A stretch of DNA of 32,000 nt from an uncultured Chloroflexia bacterium (GCA_963718915.1 CAVRAI010000003.1:780001-812000), one strand, 5' to 3'; positions 16,976 through 26,121 are shown, counted from the first letter of the stretch. Notes: generated by a model from the letters alone, not told the origin. Translations and numbers: made by a program.

Positions 16976-17284
16976 CGGTAGCGAAAAGAGGAGAGACATT
17001 ACTGTGGTAAAGTCGGCACAATCCGTTTGGCGCATCTTGCCATCAAGCGCGGGTATCGTTAGCACCTGACAGTTTGCCAGCAGTTGACTAAACCCTTCCG
17101 TTTGCTTAATTCGCTTCAAGTCTGTCCAATACATGCGTGGCCGTGGCGAATCCGTTAGCAGCCCCACCACATCAATCACGCTGAAGAACCAGCGTCCCTC
17201 GTGCCAGACATGCCGAATCTGCGCGGTGGCCTCCGCGTCGAAGATGCTGAGTTGCGCGTCGCCTTGCTGCTGCCCATCTGCCAT
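16421..17284 (-). CDS. Bro-N domain fused to a GIY-YIG homing-endonuclease domain plus an unassigned ~80-aa tail
   Basis: ATG 17284 has GGAGG 8 nt upstream. Bro-N-like region: IRHVWHEGRWFFSVIDVVGLLTDSPRPRMYW. GIY-YIG core: SGIYAITN / YIGSS / RRGIHHAKRLQKAWDKYGEAAFQFELLE / LEQQYLD / IYN. Confidence 0.8.
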   Translation of the reverse strand: MADGQQQGDAQLSIFDAEATAQIRHVWHEGRWFFSVIDVVGLLTDSPRPRMYWTDLKRIKQTEGFSQLLANCQVLTIPALDGKMRQTDCADFTTVMSLLFSLPAWKRRQKRQLPDGQNTRNSGIYAITNIQTQEQYIGSSYDIFLHLNQHKAALRRGIHHAKRLQKAWDKYGEAAFQFELLEEVTDHRVLESLEQQYLDAKQPIYNSSSVARNSSVLSQISPEQIQRVLLTLFEISGFGVGSPVLCVIRTALLKGVLTPGPNFSLVLSAEKNGVQTLEELSAFIEAA

Positions 17285-17393
17285 CGAACCAACCTCCAGA
17301 CTACTCGCCGCTTGTACGTCTGTTCCTTTATACACTGCCTGTACACAGATGTATAGTTGGCAAGCTAGCGTGTCTGGAAGCGAGCGATAGCCT

Positions 17394-18167
17394 TCACTCC
17401 CACTTGAAGGTGAGCGCCGCCGCCGCCAGCAGCACGACAGCCCACGCCGTGAGCAGTAACAGGCTGCCGCCGTGGATGCCCACTGGACTCATTGCCGAGC
17501 GGAGCGCGTCGGAGAGGGCGGCGGCGGGCAGAATCTGCGCCAGCCACGCGATGACTTCCGGCAGGTGATCGGTAGGCAGCACCACGCCGCCAATCGCCAG
17601 GAAGAGAATGAAGAGACCGTTGGCGCCTGCCAGCGTCGCCTCAGCGCGTAGCGTCCCCGCCATCAGCATCCCCAGCCCGACGAACGCCGCCGTCCCAATC
17701 AGCATCACCAGCAGCGCCAGCGGCAGCGAGCCAGTGGGCCGCCAGTCGAAAAAGATGGCGGCGATCAGCACCAGCAGCACTGTCTGCGCCGCCTCGATGG
17801 CCAGCACCGTCACAATCTTGGCGGCAATCAGTCCCCAGCGTGGTAGCGGTGTGCTGCCCAGCCGCTTGAGCGAGCCATAATAGCGGTCGTAGGCGGTGGC
17901 GATACCCAGGCTGACGAGGCTGGTGGACATGATTGCAGCCGTCAGAATCCCCGGCAGCAGGAAGGCGATCTGCGCGCTTTGCGTGCCCGGCGCAATATGC
18001 AGCCACATCGCCAGAAACAGCAGCACGGTCGGAATGATAATCGTGACGAGCAGGCTCTCGCCCCGGCGCAGCGCCATCGTCAACTCGGCGCGCGTCTGCG
18101 CCAGAATCGCCTGGTTCACCGGGGCCGCGCCTGGAGTTGTGGTTGTCTTGGTTGCTGGCGCGCTCAT
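17394..18167 (-). CDS. ABC-2 type transporter permease
   Basis: 257 aa with 6 hydrophobic segments and a typical ABC-2 layout. It lies downstream of an ABC ATPase on the same strand. Confidence 0.8.
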   Translation of the reverse strand: MSAPATKTTTTPGAAPVNQAILAQTRAELTMALRRGESLLVTIIIPTVLLFLAMWLHIAPGTQSAQIAFLLPGILTAAIMSTSLVSLGIATAYDRYYGSLKRLGSTPLPRWGLIAAKIVTVLAIEAAQTVLLVLIAAIFFDWRPTGSLPLALLVMLIGTAAFVGLGMLMAGTLRAEATLAGANGLFILFLAIGGVVLPTDHLPEVIAWLAQILPAAALSDALRSAMSPVGIHGGSLLLLTAWAVVLLAAAALTFKWE

Positions 18168-18438
18168 AGAAATGCGACCAAGATACCCCTACTTCAGAGG
18201 AGATGAATGGCCGCCCTCCTTTCCATTGCTACTTGTCCGTGTGGTATACTGTCTGTGTGCTTAGGCACTCTGGCGAGTAGGCCAGAGCAACGGTTCGCAC
18301 TTTCTCAATCAAACATTCGGCGGGTTGCGGTACAGAAACGGTGTACCGTGTAAAATGTTTGCCGTACCTACTCACCGGGCCGCAGTCAATCGGCCTATGG
18401 CGTCCACGGCTCTCACCGTGAGGCGCAAGCTCTCGGAT

Positions 18439-19429
18439 TTATCCGGGGGTTGTTGACTCGCGTATTTCCTTCCCGGTCAACTGGAGGAAGACATCTTCCA
18501 GCGAGGCGCGGCCCACCCGTAGCTCGCTCAACGTCACGCCCGTCGCTCGTAGCGCCGCCGTTAGCTCGACCAGCAGCGCCGCCGCGTCGCCCGTCTCGAT
18601 CACATAGGAGCCGGGCGCATCGCTTCGAGCCATGCGCGCGCCTGGCAGCTTGCCCAGCGCCGCCACATCCACCGCGCCGGGAGCGGTGAAGCGTACCTCG
18701 GTCGTCGTGGTGGATTGCGCACGGGTCAGTCCTGCGGGCGTGTCGAGCGCCAGCAGCTCGCCGTGATCGATGATCGCGATACGGTCGGCCAGCCGCTCCG
18801 CCTCATCCATGAAGTGCGTCGTCAAGCAGCAGCGTCGTGCCACGGTCGCGCAGCTCGCGCAGCATCTCCCAGGTTGCCCGCCGCGCCTGCGGGTCCATCC
18901 CCGTCGTCGGCTCGTCCAGAAAAATCAGTTCCGGGCGGCCCACCAGCGCCAGCGCCAGCGAGAGCCGACGCTTCTGCCCGCCGGAAAGCTGGCGGCAGCG
19001 CGTCCCGGCGGACTCGGTCAGTCCGACCACCTGCAGCAGTCGTTCGGGGTCTTCGGGTGCGCTATAGAAGCGGGCGAAAAGATCCAGCAGCTCGCGCGTG
19101 GTCAGGTAGTTGTAGATGCCATCCTGCTGGAGCATCACACCGATGCGCGGCTTGAGACGCGCGCCATCGCGGCGGGGATTCAGCCCCAGCACGCGCACCT
19201 CGCCGCTATCGGCCGTGCGATAGCCTTCGAGAATCTCGACGGTCGTCGTCTTGCCCGCGCCGTTCGGCCCCAGCAGCGCGAAAATCTCGCCGCGCGCGAC
19301 GGTGAAGCTCAGGTCACCAACGGCCTTTTTCTCGCCATACGACTTGGTCAGCCGCGCGACGACGATTGCCGCATCGCCCGCGCTGACTCCCGTCGCCGCT
19401 CTCTGGGCATGGGTATTAGCAGTATTCAT
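18439..19429 (-). pseudogene. ABC transporter ATP-binding protein (DrrA-like) interrupted by a 1-nt insertion (or a sequencing error)
   Basis: Walker A (GPNGAGKTT), signature (LSGGQKRRL) and Walker B (LIFLDEPTTGMD) are in ORF 18803..19525. The H-loop onward (LTTHFMDEAERLADRIAIIDHG) is in ORF 18439..18843. The frames join at CTG CTT (g) ACG ACG CAC, with the extra base near 18823. Start ATG 19429. Confidence 0.85.
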
Positions 19430-19742
19430 GCACTGTGCTTTCCGAAAATCTCTGAGTCCAATTCTGAGTCCAATGCGGGCGCCTGCGCGCGGCTGGGACA
19501 CGATCCGATCTGCCGTGGGGCGCACTCGTGGGTATTGTAGCGTATCGCGCGCTCAGTGACATGACGGATGTGACCCAGGTACGGACAGCCCGGCGGAGCA
19601 TCTTTGGGCATCCGGGCCAATGACGCCCACTGTGCTGTCCATCTATAGTGCGGGTGAATGCCCGAAATAGCGTTGTTAATCCTTGCCTGCCCGTTACTGA
19701 ATCGGCGGAGCAGATTTACCATAGCAGTCAAAGCGAGGCGTC

Positions 19743-20957
19743 ATGTCTTCCCAGTCAGCCATTGCCGATAGATCATCTGCATTATCAGCCGTTACTCCAC
19801 GCGCCGAAGCGCCCTGGTGGGATGGTCTGCCGCCACATATCTCCGCCTTGCTGGACATGCCAGATGCGCGCGCGTTGGAGCCAGCCCAACGCAATGGCCT
19901 GGATCTGGTCGTCGTCGGTGGCGGCGTGGCGGGTCTGAGCGCGGCGGGCGCGGCGGCGGCAACGGGCGCGCGTGTCTTGCTGCTGGAGGCGGCGCCAAAG
20001 CTGGGGCTGGGCGCGACAGGCCGGAACGCGGGCATCCTGAGCGCGGGCGTCAACATGGGCATCACCGATACTCCTCCCGATAGCCTCGCCGCCGAGCTAT
20101 GGCCCGCTACCTATCAGGAGATGTTGCGCGTCCATGAAGAGGCTGCCCAGCCTGGCACGGTGCTTCATGCTCAGCGCACGCGCTCGTTCAGCCTGGCAAC
20201 CAGCGCCACCGCCGCCCGCCGCCTCGAACGCGAGGTACGCGCACGCATCGCGGCTGGGCTACGCGCCGAGATCTGGACGGCGCAACAGGTCGCCGAGGTC
20301 ACGGGCGGACGGCTGGCAACCGCTGAGGTAGTTGCCGCAATGTGCCTGCCCGATGAGGGGCGCATCCACCCGCTGACGCTGCTGGCGCACCTCGCCCAGT
20401 TTGCCCGCCAGCGTGGCGCGATGCTGGCCGGGCAGGCGACGGTCTCGGGTATGGAGGTGGAGCGCGGCAAGGGCTGGCGACTGACGCTGGAGAACGGGTC
20501 ATTCGTGACGGCGCGCGCGCTCATCTGGGCAGTCGGTCCAACCATTCGCCCAAACGCGCGGCTCTATGCGCTTGCCTTCGCCGCCGATCTGCCTGAAGAC
20601 TTCCCGGTATTCTGGGATGCCGCGCCCTATGTCTACTACGATTACCGACCCGGCGATGGGCGCATGACGGTGAGCGGCGGACGCTACGGCGCGCCAGACG
20701 CCACCAGGGAGCGCGACGCTGCCTATCACGCGCGCATGATCGAGGCGACGCGGCGCTGGCTGCCGGAATTCGCGGGGATCGAGCCGCGCTGGGCCTGGGG
20801 CGTTGACCTCGATAGCACGGCTGACCTGCTGCCTCACCTGCGTCCGCTGACCAAGAGCGCGCCGGGACTGGCCATCGAGGGGCTGGGCGCGCTGGGTGTC
20901 TTGCCTGGCCTCGTGTTGGGCAGGCGCGCCGGAAGTGACCTCGCGCGAAACACATAA
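19743..20957 (+). CDS. FAD-dependent oxidoreductase (DAO/glycine-oxidase-like family)
   Basis: Rossmann motif DLVVVGGGVAGLSAAGAAAATGARVLLLEA and a 404-aa DAO-like layout. Confidence 0.8.
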   Translation: MSSQSAIADRSSALSAVTPRAEAPWWDGLPPHISALLDMPDARALEPAQRNGLDLVVVGGGVAGLSAAGAAAATGARVLLLEAAPKLGLGATGRNAGILSAGVNMGITDTPPDSLAAELWPATYQEMLRVHEEAAQPGTVLHAQRTRSFSLATSATAARRLEREVRARIAAGLRAEIWTAQQVAEVTGGRLATAEVVAAMCLPDEGRIHPLTLLAHLAQFARQRGAMLAGQATVSGMEVERGKGWRLTLENGSFVTARALIWAVGPTIRPNARLYALAFAADLPEDFPVFWDAAPYVYYDYRPGDGRMTVSGGRYGAPDATRERDAAYHARMIEATRRWLPEFAGIEPRWAWGVDLDSTADLLPHLRPLTKSAPGLAIEGLGALGVLPGLVLGRRAGSDLARNT

Positions 20958-20987
20958 CCCCTCTCGGACCATGTCCACATTCTGGAT

Positions 20988-21031
20988 TCTGGCTCCCCTC
21001 CCCGACGCGGGGAGGGGATGGGGGAGGGGTC
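20988..21031 (+). repeat. intergenic hairpin repeat, copy a (TCTGGCTCCC - 9-bp hairpin - ATGGGGGAGGGGTC)
   Basis: CCCCTCCCC (20995-21003) pairs with GGGGAGGGG (21009-17). It sits between the convergent stops at 20957 and 21037 and aligns closely with copy d at 29008..29051. Confidence 0.75.
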
Positions 21032-21036
21032 TGCCG

Positions 21037-22326
21037 CTACACTGCCGAGCGGTGATGACGCGCGCGGTTCGCCTGTGTGAGATCGCTGAAGAGCCGCAGA
21101 TAGTTGCGCAGGTTGGCCGTCGAGAGGAAGTTCTGGCGCACCACCTCGCGACCAAGCACGCCCATCTTGCGCGCCCGCGCTGGATTGCGCATCAGCTCCA
21201 GCACGCGCTTGCTGCATTCCTCGATGCTGTTCACCAGATAGCCCGTTTCGCCATCCTGGATTTGCAACGGGATGCCGCCGACGTCGCCGCCGACGACCGG
21301 TTTACCCTTCCACAACCCCTCGGAGATGGTCAGGCCAAATCCCTCACGCAGTGACTTCTGGAGTACGACCGTCGCCATACGCTGAATGGCGTTCACCTCG
21401 ACATTGCCCACGCCGTCGATGTTCGAGAGCAGGTGAATATCGGGGTCGCCGTCGGCGTAATCTTTCGTGCGCTGGTAATACTCCATCCCCTCAGGATCAT
21501 CGTGCGCCATCGAACCGACCATCACCAGCTGCACATCCGGGAACTTCTGGCGCACAGTGCGATAGACGTCGATGACACCGAGCGGATCTTTCCAGGGGTC
21601 GAAGCGCGACACCTGCACCAGCATCGGCCGCTCGGGGTCCATGCCGTAGAGGCTGACGATGCGTGCGGCATCCTCATCGCTCATCGGCGCGTTCTTCGGG
21701 CTGAGCGGATCGATGGCGGGAGGCACAATCGCCACCTTGCCGATATGCAGGTCCTTCTTCACATACTCCGGCATCGTGAAGATGGCGGCGTCATAGGCCT
21801 GGACGTAGGGCCGCAGAAAACTCCAGTAGGTCTCGTTGGCGGCGGTGAGATCGATGTGGCAGCGCCAGATCCACTTGCCGCCGTCACCCGCGCGGAGCAT
21901 GCGCAACGGCGCGGGCTGTGGGTCATGAACAATGATAAAGTCGTAGTCGTTCTCGAAGTAGACTGCGTTCTCAACATTGGAATGGAGATACGCCGCCTTC
22001 ATCGCGGGCGTCAGCTCCAGTTCCATCCCCTGCAGCGCATTGTGCATGCTCTTGGTGACGGTGAAAAAGTCATCCGTGCCAGAGATGACGCGCCAATGGG
22101 CATCCAGACCAGCGCTGCGCATCAGCGGGATCAGCGTGTGCAGCATCTCCGCCACGCCGCCACCATACGCCGTGGACGAAATATGCAAGACGCGCGCGCC
22201 CTGAAACGGCTTGGCCATCCGGTGCAGTTCGGCGATAATATCTTCGCCGACGACCGATTCATAGTCTGCCAGTGATTTTTCGACGAGTACAACGTCTTGC
22301 ATGCCTGGGTTACGAATCTCCTGCAT
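21037..22326 (-). CDS. treT: trehalose glycosyltransferring synthase (TreT-like, GT4)
   Basis: It aligns along its whole length with the Thermococcus TreT sequence as I remember it (LADYESVVGEDII.., HISSTAYGGGVAEMLHTLIPLMRS, FFTVTKSMHNALQG, WRCHIDL, QVSRFDPWKDP, AHDDPEG, REGFGLTISEGLWKGKPV, DGETGYLV). AAGGAG lies 10 nt before ATG 22326. Confidence 0.85.
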   Translation of the reverse strand: MQEIRNPGMQDVVLVEKSLADYESVVGEDIIAELHRMAKPFQGARVLHISSTAYGGGVAEMLHTLIPLMRSAGLDAHWRVISGTDDFFTVTKSMHNALQGMELELTPAMKAAYLHSNVENAVYFENDYDFIIVHDPQPAPLRMLRAGDGGKWIWRCHIDLTAANETYWSFLRPYVQAYDAAIFTMPEYVKKDLHIGKVAIVPPAIDPLSPKNAPMSDEDAARIVSLYGMDPERPMLVQVSRFDPWKDPLGVIDVYRTVRQKFPDVQLVMVGSMAHDDPEGMEYYQRTKDYADGDPDIHLLSNIDGVGNVEVNAIQRMATVVLQKSLREGFGLTISEGLWKGKPVVGGDVGGIPLQIQDGETGYLVNSIEECSKRVLELMRNPARARKMGVLGREVVRQNFLSTANLRNYLRLFSDLTQANRARHHRSAV

Positions 22327-22688
22327 GCGGGTTTAGCTCCTTGACCATGTGTGAAAAAACGTCCCGATAGCCCCACTTGCCCCGGGAAAATAATGCCTTC
22401 GTGTACGTGCGTGTACCGTTACTGGGTGTGCCGTGCACAGACAAACAGCATAGTAGAGAATGGAAAACCTTCGGCCGTCGTGCGCCGCATATCCTTCGCC
22501 ACACATAACCACGCCCGTCCGCATGGCTGCACGGCTGATGTAGCGCCACGCGGAGCAGTTGGGTACGGTGAGCGTATCACCTTTCACGGCCGATGAGGAT
22601 AAGAAATAGGTACTGCCTCGACAAATTGGTTCGCACGTTAACAATACGCGGAAGATGCGTTGCGGTTGGGGCGATAGACCAGTTATCT

Positions 22689-23294
22689 TCAGCCCGCGAC
22701 GGGAAGGCGTCCGCAGTGGACGACCAGATTCTCCTCGACCTCGACGATCTCGCGAATCAGCAACTCGCGGCCAATGCGGCGCAGATGATCATCGAGGTAG
22801 GGCGAGCGCCAGAGATTGATCGTGGCCTCACCTTCTGGTGAGAGCAAACGCGCCACATCGCGCAGGAAACGCCCGCCCAGCACGCCATGCGCCATCTTGC
22901 CCGCGGTATAGAGGTCCACACAGATGGCGTCATAGGTCTCGCGGCAGCGACGCGCATAGTCGAAGGCGTCCGCGACGACGATCCGCACGTGCGCCTGGGC
23001 ATCCAGCCCGAACTGCTGTCGCGCCAGCCAGACCACCGCTGGATCGTACTCCACGCCAGTGATTGGCAGTGGGCCAAAGCGCTGCGTCATCAGGTGGGCG
23101 ATGGTACCGCCGCCAAGCCCCAGAATCAGCGCATTTCCGGGCTGATTGTGCGGCAGCATGGCGTCCCAGATATCCGCCTGATACGCTGCGTCCACGCCGA
23201 CTGATTGAATGACTCCGCCAACACGCAGCACCAGACGGCCCTGCTCGACCACCGCAATCGGCGTCTGCCGTGTTCCTCGAATCGCCTGCCCCAT
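22689..23294 (-). CDS. spermidine-synthase-like class I SAM-dependent methyltransferase-fold protein
   Basis: SAM-binding motif ALILGLGGGTIAHLM, then VEYDPAVV and DAICVDLY; a SpeE-like pattern. Weak SD. Confidence 0.7.
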   Translation of the reverse strand: MGQAIRGTRQTPIAVVEQGRLVLRVGGVIQSVGVDAAYQADIWDAMLPHNQPGNALILGLGGGTIAHLMTQRFGPLPITGVEYDPAVVWLARQQFGLDAQAHVRIVVADAFDYARRCRETYDAICVDLYTAGKMAHGVLGGRFLRDVARLLSPEGEATINLWRSPYLDDHLRRIGRELLIREIVEVEENLVVHCGRLPVAG

Positions 23295-23479
23295 TGTCGC
23301 TGCCAGCGCCTCTCACCCAGATCGTCCAACACTGCGGTATGCTGGACCATCGCATCCCCTTCGAAGCAGGCGCACAGCACTCCAGTTTATGAGTATATAT
23401 TAAAACCACCGCGCGCGCTATACTGAAACGTGGCAATTGCTTTCCGTGTGATGATCTCCACACAACAACAGGATGTCCG

Positions 23480-24697
23480 ATGACTCAGATTGCGCATGAT
23501 GACGACACGCTCCCCCAGATGACGCTCCAGCCGGGGCGCGACTATACCCTGCTGCACGGGCATCCGTGGCTCTTCTCGGGCGCCTTTCGCGCGCTGCCCG
23601 CCGATGCGCCAGCCGGAATAGTCGCCGACGTGTTGAATGCCGCGGGCGAGTGGGTGGCGCGGGGACATCTCAACGCGCGCAACAGCCTGGCTTTCCGCGT
23701 GCTCACTCGCATACCCGACGAGGCAATCGACGAGGCGTTCTATCGTCGTCGCATCGAACGCGCGGCCAGTCTGCGCCGCCTGCTGGCTGCGGATGTCACC
23801 GGCTACCGGCTTATCAACGCCGAGGCCGACGGGCTGCCAGGGCTGATCGTGGATCGCTACGACCGCTGGCTGGTGGCCCAGTTTTCGACGGCGGGGGTTG
23901 AGCGCCAGCGTGAGATGATTCTTGACGCGCTGGAGGGCGCGCTGACTCCGGCGGGCATCCTCGTCCGCGACGACATCCGTGTGCGCGAGCGTGAGGGGCT
24001 GCCCATGGGCGGGGCTACCGTCGTTCGTGGCAGCGTGCCGGAGGAAATTGAGATCACCGAGGGGGCCGTGCGCTACCTGATCGATCCGCACGGCGGACAG
24101 AAGACCGGCTTCTTCCTCGATCAGCGCGAGAAACGCCAGCGAACGCATCAGCTCGCTCCGCATCTGGCGTCTCTGCTCAACCTCTACGCCTATAGTGGCG
24201 GCTTTGCGCTGGCGTCGCTGGCAGGCAATCCAGCCATCCGTACCGTCAACATCGATTCGTCTGGCCCGGCGCTGGCCCTCGCCCGGCGCAACTACACGCT
24301 CAATGGCCACGATCCTGAGGCGCACGGCTTCGAGGAGCGCGACGTCACCCGTTACCTCCAGGCGGCAGGCGATACTGGACAGCGCTTCGACCTGGTGGTG
24401 GTGGATCCGCCCGCCTTTGCCCGCAGCCACGCCAAGAAGGAGCGCGCGCTGCATGCCTACGAGCAGCTCAACACGCTGGCGGCGCGAGTCGTCGCGGCGG
24501 ATGGGCTGCTGCTCACCTGTTCGTGTTCTGGCGCGGTGAACGCCGCCGAATTCGAGACGGCCGTGCGCGCGGGGCTGGTACGGGCGGGACGTAGCGCCCA
24601 GATCATCGAAATCTTCGGGCCAGCGCTCGACCATCCGACGTTGCCCGGCTTCCCTGAAGACCGCTACCTGAAGGCGCTGCTGCTGCGGCTGGCATGA
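23480..24697 (+). CDS. rlmI: 23S rRNA m5C methyltransferase RlmI-like (PUA + class I SAM MTase)
   Basis: Collinear with E. coli RlmI from memory: HPWLFSGA, YRLINAEADGLPGLIVDRY, GQKTGFFLDQR, LNLYAYSGGFALA, DLVVVDPPAF, LLTCSCSG, DHP..PGFPE.RYLK. Confidence 0.8.
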   Translation: MTQIAHDDDTLPQMTLQPGRDYTLLHGHPWLFSGAFRALPADAPAGIVADVLNAAGEWVARGHLNARNSLAFRVLTRIPDEAIDEAFYRRRIERAASLRRLLAADVTGYRLINAEADGLPGLIVDRYDRWLVAQFSTAGVERQREMILDALEGALTPAGILVRDDIRVREREGLPMGGATVVRGSVPEEIEITEGAVRYLIDPHGGQKTGFFLDQREKRQRTHQLAPHLASLLNLYAYSGGFALASLAGNPAIRTVNIDSSGPALALARRNYTLNGHDPEAHGFEERDVTRYLQAAGDTGQRFDLVVVDPPAFARSHAKKERALHAYEQLNTLAARVVAADGLLLTCSCSGAVNAAEFETAVRAGLVRAGRSAQIIEIFGPALDHPTLPGFPEDRYLKALLLRLA

Positions 24698-24914
24698 CCA
24701 CCGCAACCTCTACGAGAACGCGGGCGTACATAACGTAGCGATAAACGTCACTCGGCCACGAAGCCCGCCCGCGTGGGGCGTGTCTCGCCAGCGGGCGAGC
24801 ATAGTGCGGTGGGGATTAGCCGCGGCATTCATGTCGCGAAGCTGGCCCATTACCCACCTCGCTCTAAAGGCTGGCGCCGTCACCACGAAACCAATAGACT
24901 CAGGAGCTTCTGAC

Positions 24915-26099
24915 ATGCGCCTCATTCTCTATCTCGGCAAGGGGGGTGTCGGCAAAACGACGCTCGCCGCCGCAACCGCTGCCCGCGCCGCGCAGCTTGG
25001 CAAGCGCACGCTGGTTGTCAGCACCGACCTCGCCCACAGTCTGGCCGACGCGCTGGATCGTCCGCTGACCGCCGAGCCGATGCAGATCGCCGACTCACTC
25101 TGGGCGCAGGAAATCAACGTTCTCGACGAGATGCGCTCGCACTGGGGCCGCGTGCAGAACTACATCACGACGGTACTGAAGAAGCAGGGCATCAGCGATG
25201 TCGCGGCGGAGGAGATGGCGCTCATTCCCGGAATGGATGAGATCGTGGCGCTGCTCAACATCTATCGCCAGGCGCGCGACAGCAGCTATGACGTGGTGGT
25301 GATCGACGCCGCGCCGACGGGCGAGACGGTGCGGCTGCTCAGCATGCCCGAGACGTTTCTCTGGTATGTCAACCAGGCGAATGGCTGGAAGGGCATCGCG
25401 TTCAATGCCGCCAAACCGCTGCTCAAAACGTTTTTGCCGGGCGTCAATGTGCTTGACTCGCTGGCGAAGCTCAACGAGCAGGTGGCGGCGCTGCGCAAGG
25501 TGCTGACCAATCCCGATATCAGTTCCTACCGGCTGGTGGTCAATCCTGAGAAGATGGTCATCAAGGAAGCCCTGCGCGCCGAGACCTACCTCGCGCTCTA
25601 TGACTATCCCATCGATGGTGTGATCTGCAATCGCGTTCTGCCGCCACCACCGCCCGGTGGCTATCAGGATGAACTGCTGCGCGAGTTGGCCGCCCAGCAG
25701 CGCCGCTACTACGAGCAGATTCACACGACTTTCGCGCCGCTGCCGGTCTGGGACGCGCCCTATCGCTCGCGGGAGATTCTCGGGGCGGAGGCGCTGGCCG
25801 CGCTCGGCTTGGAAATCTGGGGCGATGCGGATCCCACGCAGGTCTTCTTCCGTGGCAGCCCACAGGAGATGGTGAAGCGCGGCGACAGCTATCTGCTGCG
25901 GCTGCCACTGCCACACGTCGAGCTTGCGAAGGTAGTCATGACGAAGAAAGGCGATGAGCTGATCGTCGAGGTGGGTAACTTCAAGCGCGATATCGCCCTG
26001 CCCGCGGTCCTCGTGCCAATGGAGGCGACCGTCGCCCGGATGACTGACGGCGCCCTGGAAGTCACCTTCACCATGCCCGCCAGCAGCGCCAAAGTGTGA
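24915..26099 (+). CDS. ArsA/Get3-family P-loop ATPase
   Basis: ATG 24915 has CAGGAG 8 nt upstream. Deviant Walker A LGKGGVGKTT, then VVSTDLAHSL and DVVVIDAAPTGETVRLL. Confidence 0.85.
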   Translation: MRLILYLGKGGVGKTTLAAATAARAAQLGKRTLVVSTDLAHSLADALDRPLTAEPMQIADSLWAQEINVLDEMRSHWGRVQNYITTVLKKQGISDVAAEEMALIPGMDEIVALLNIYRQARDSSYDVVVIDAAPTGETVRLLSMPETFLWYVNQANGWKGIAFNAAKPLLKTFLPGVNVLDSLAKLNEQVAALRKVLTNPDISSYRLVVNPEKMVIKEALRAETYLALYDYPIDGVICNRVLPPPPPGGYQDELLRELAAQQRRYYEQIHTTFAPLPVWDAPYRSREILGAEALAALGLEIWGDADPTQVFFRGSPQEMVKRGDSYLLRLPLPHVELAKVVMTKKGDELIVEVGNFKRDIALPAVLVPMEATVARMTDGALEVTFTMPASSAKV

Positions 26100-26121
26100 G
26101 ACCCGACCTGACCTGATCTGA

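Noticed and set aside
21433-22275. 280-aa plus-strand ORF over treT, together with similar shadow ORFs at 1010..2128, 5478..6173, 8334..9008, 18770..19540 and 27097..27858
   Set aside because: All are antisense or out-of-frame shadows of well-supported genes and have the R/H/A-rich composition characteristic of high-GC DNA.
23387-24706. 439-aa ORF antisense to the RlmI-like methyltransferase gene
   Set aside because: It is a typical high-GC shadow ORF: Arg/Ala/Gln-rich with no motifs. The sense strand aligns end to end with RlmI.
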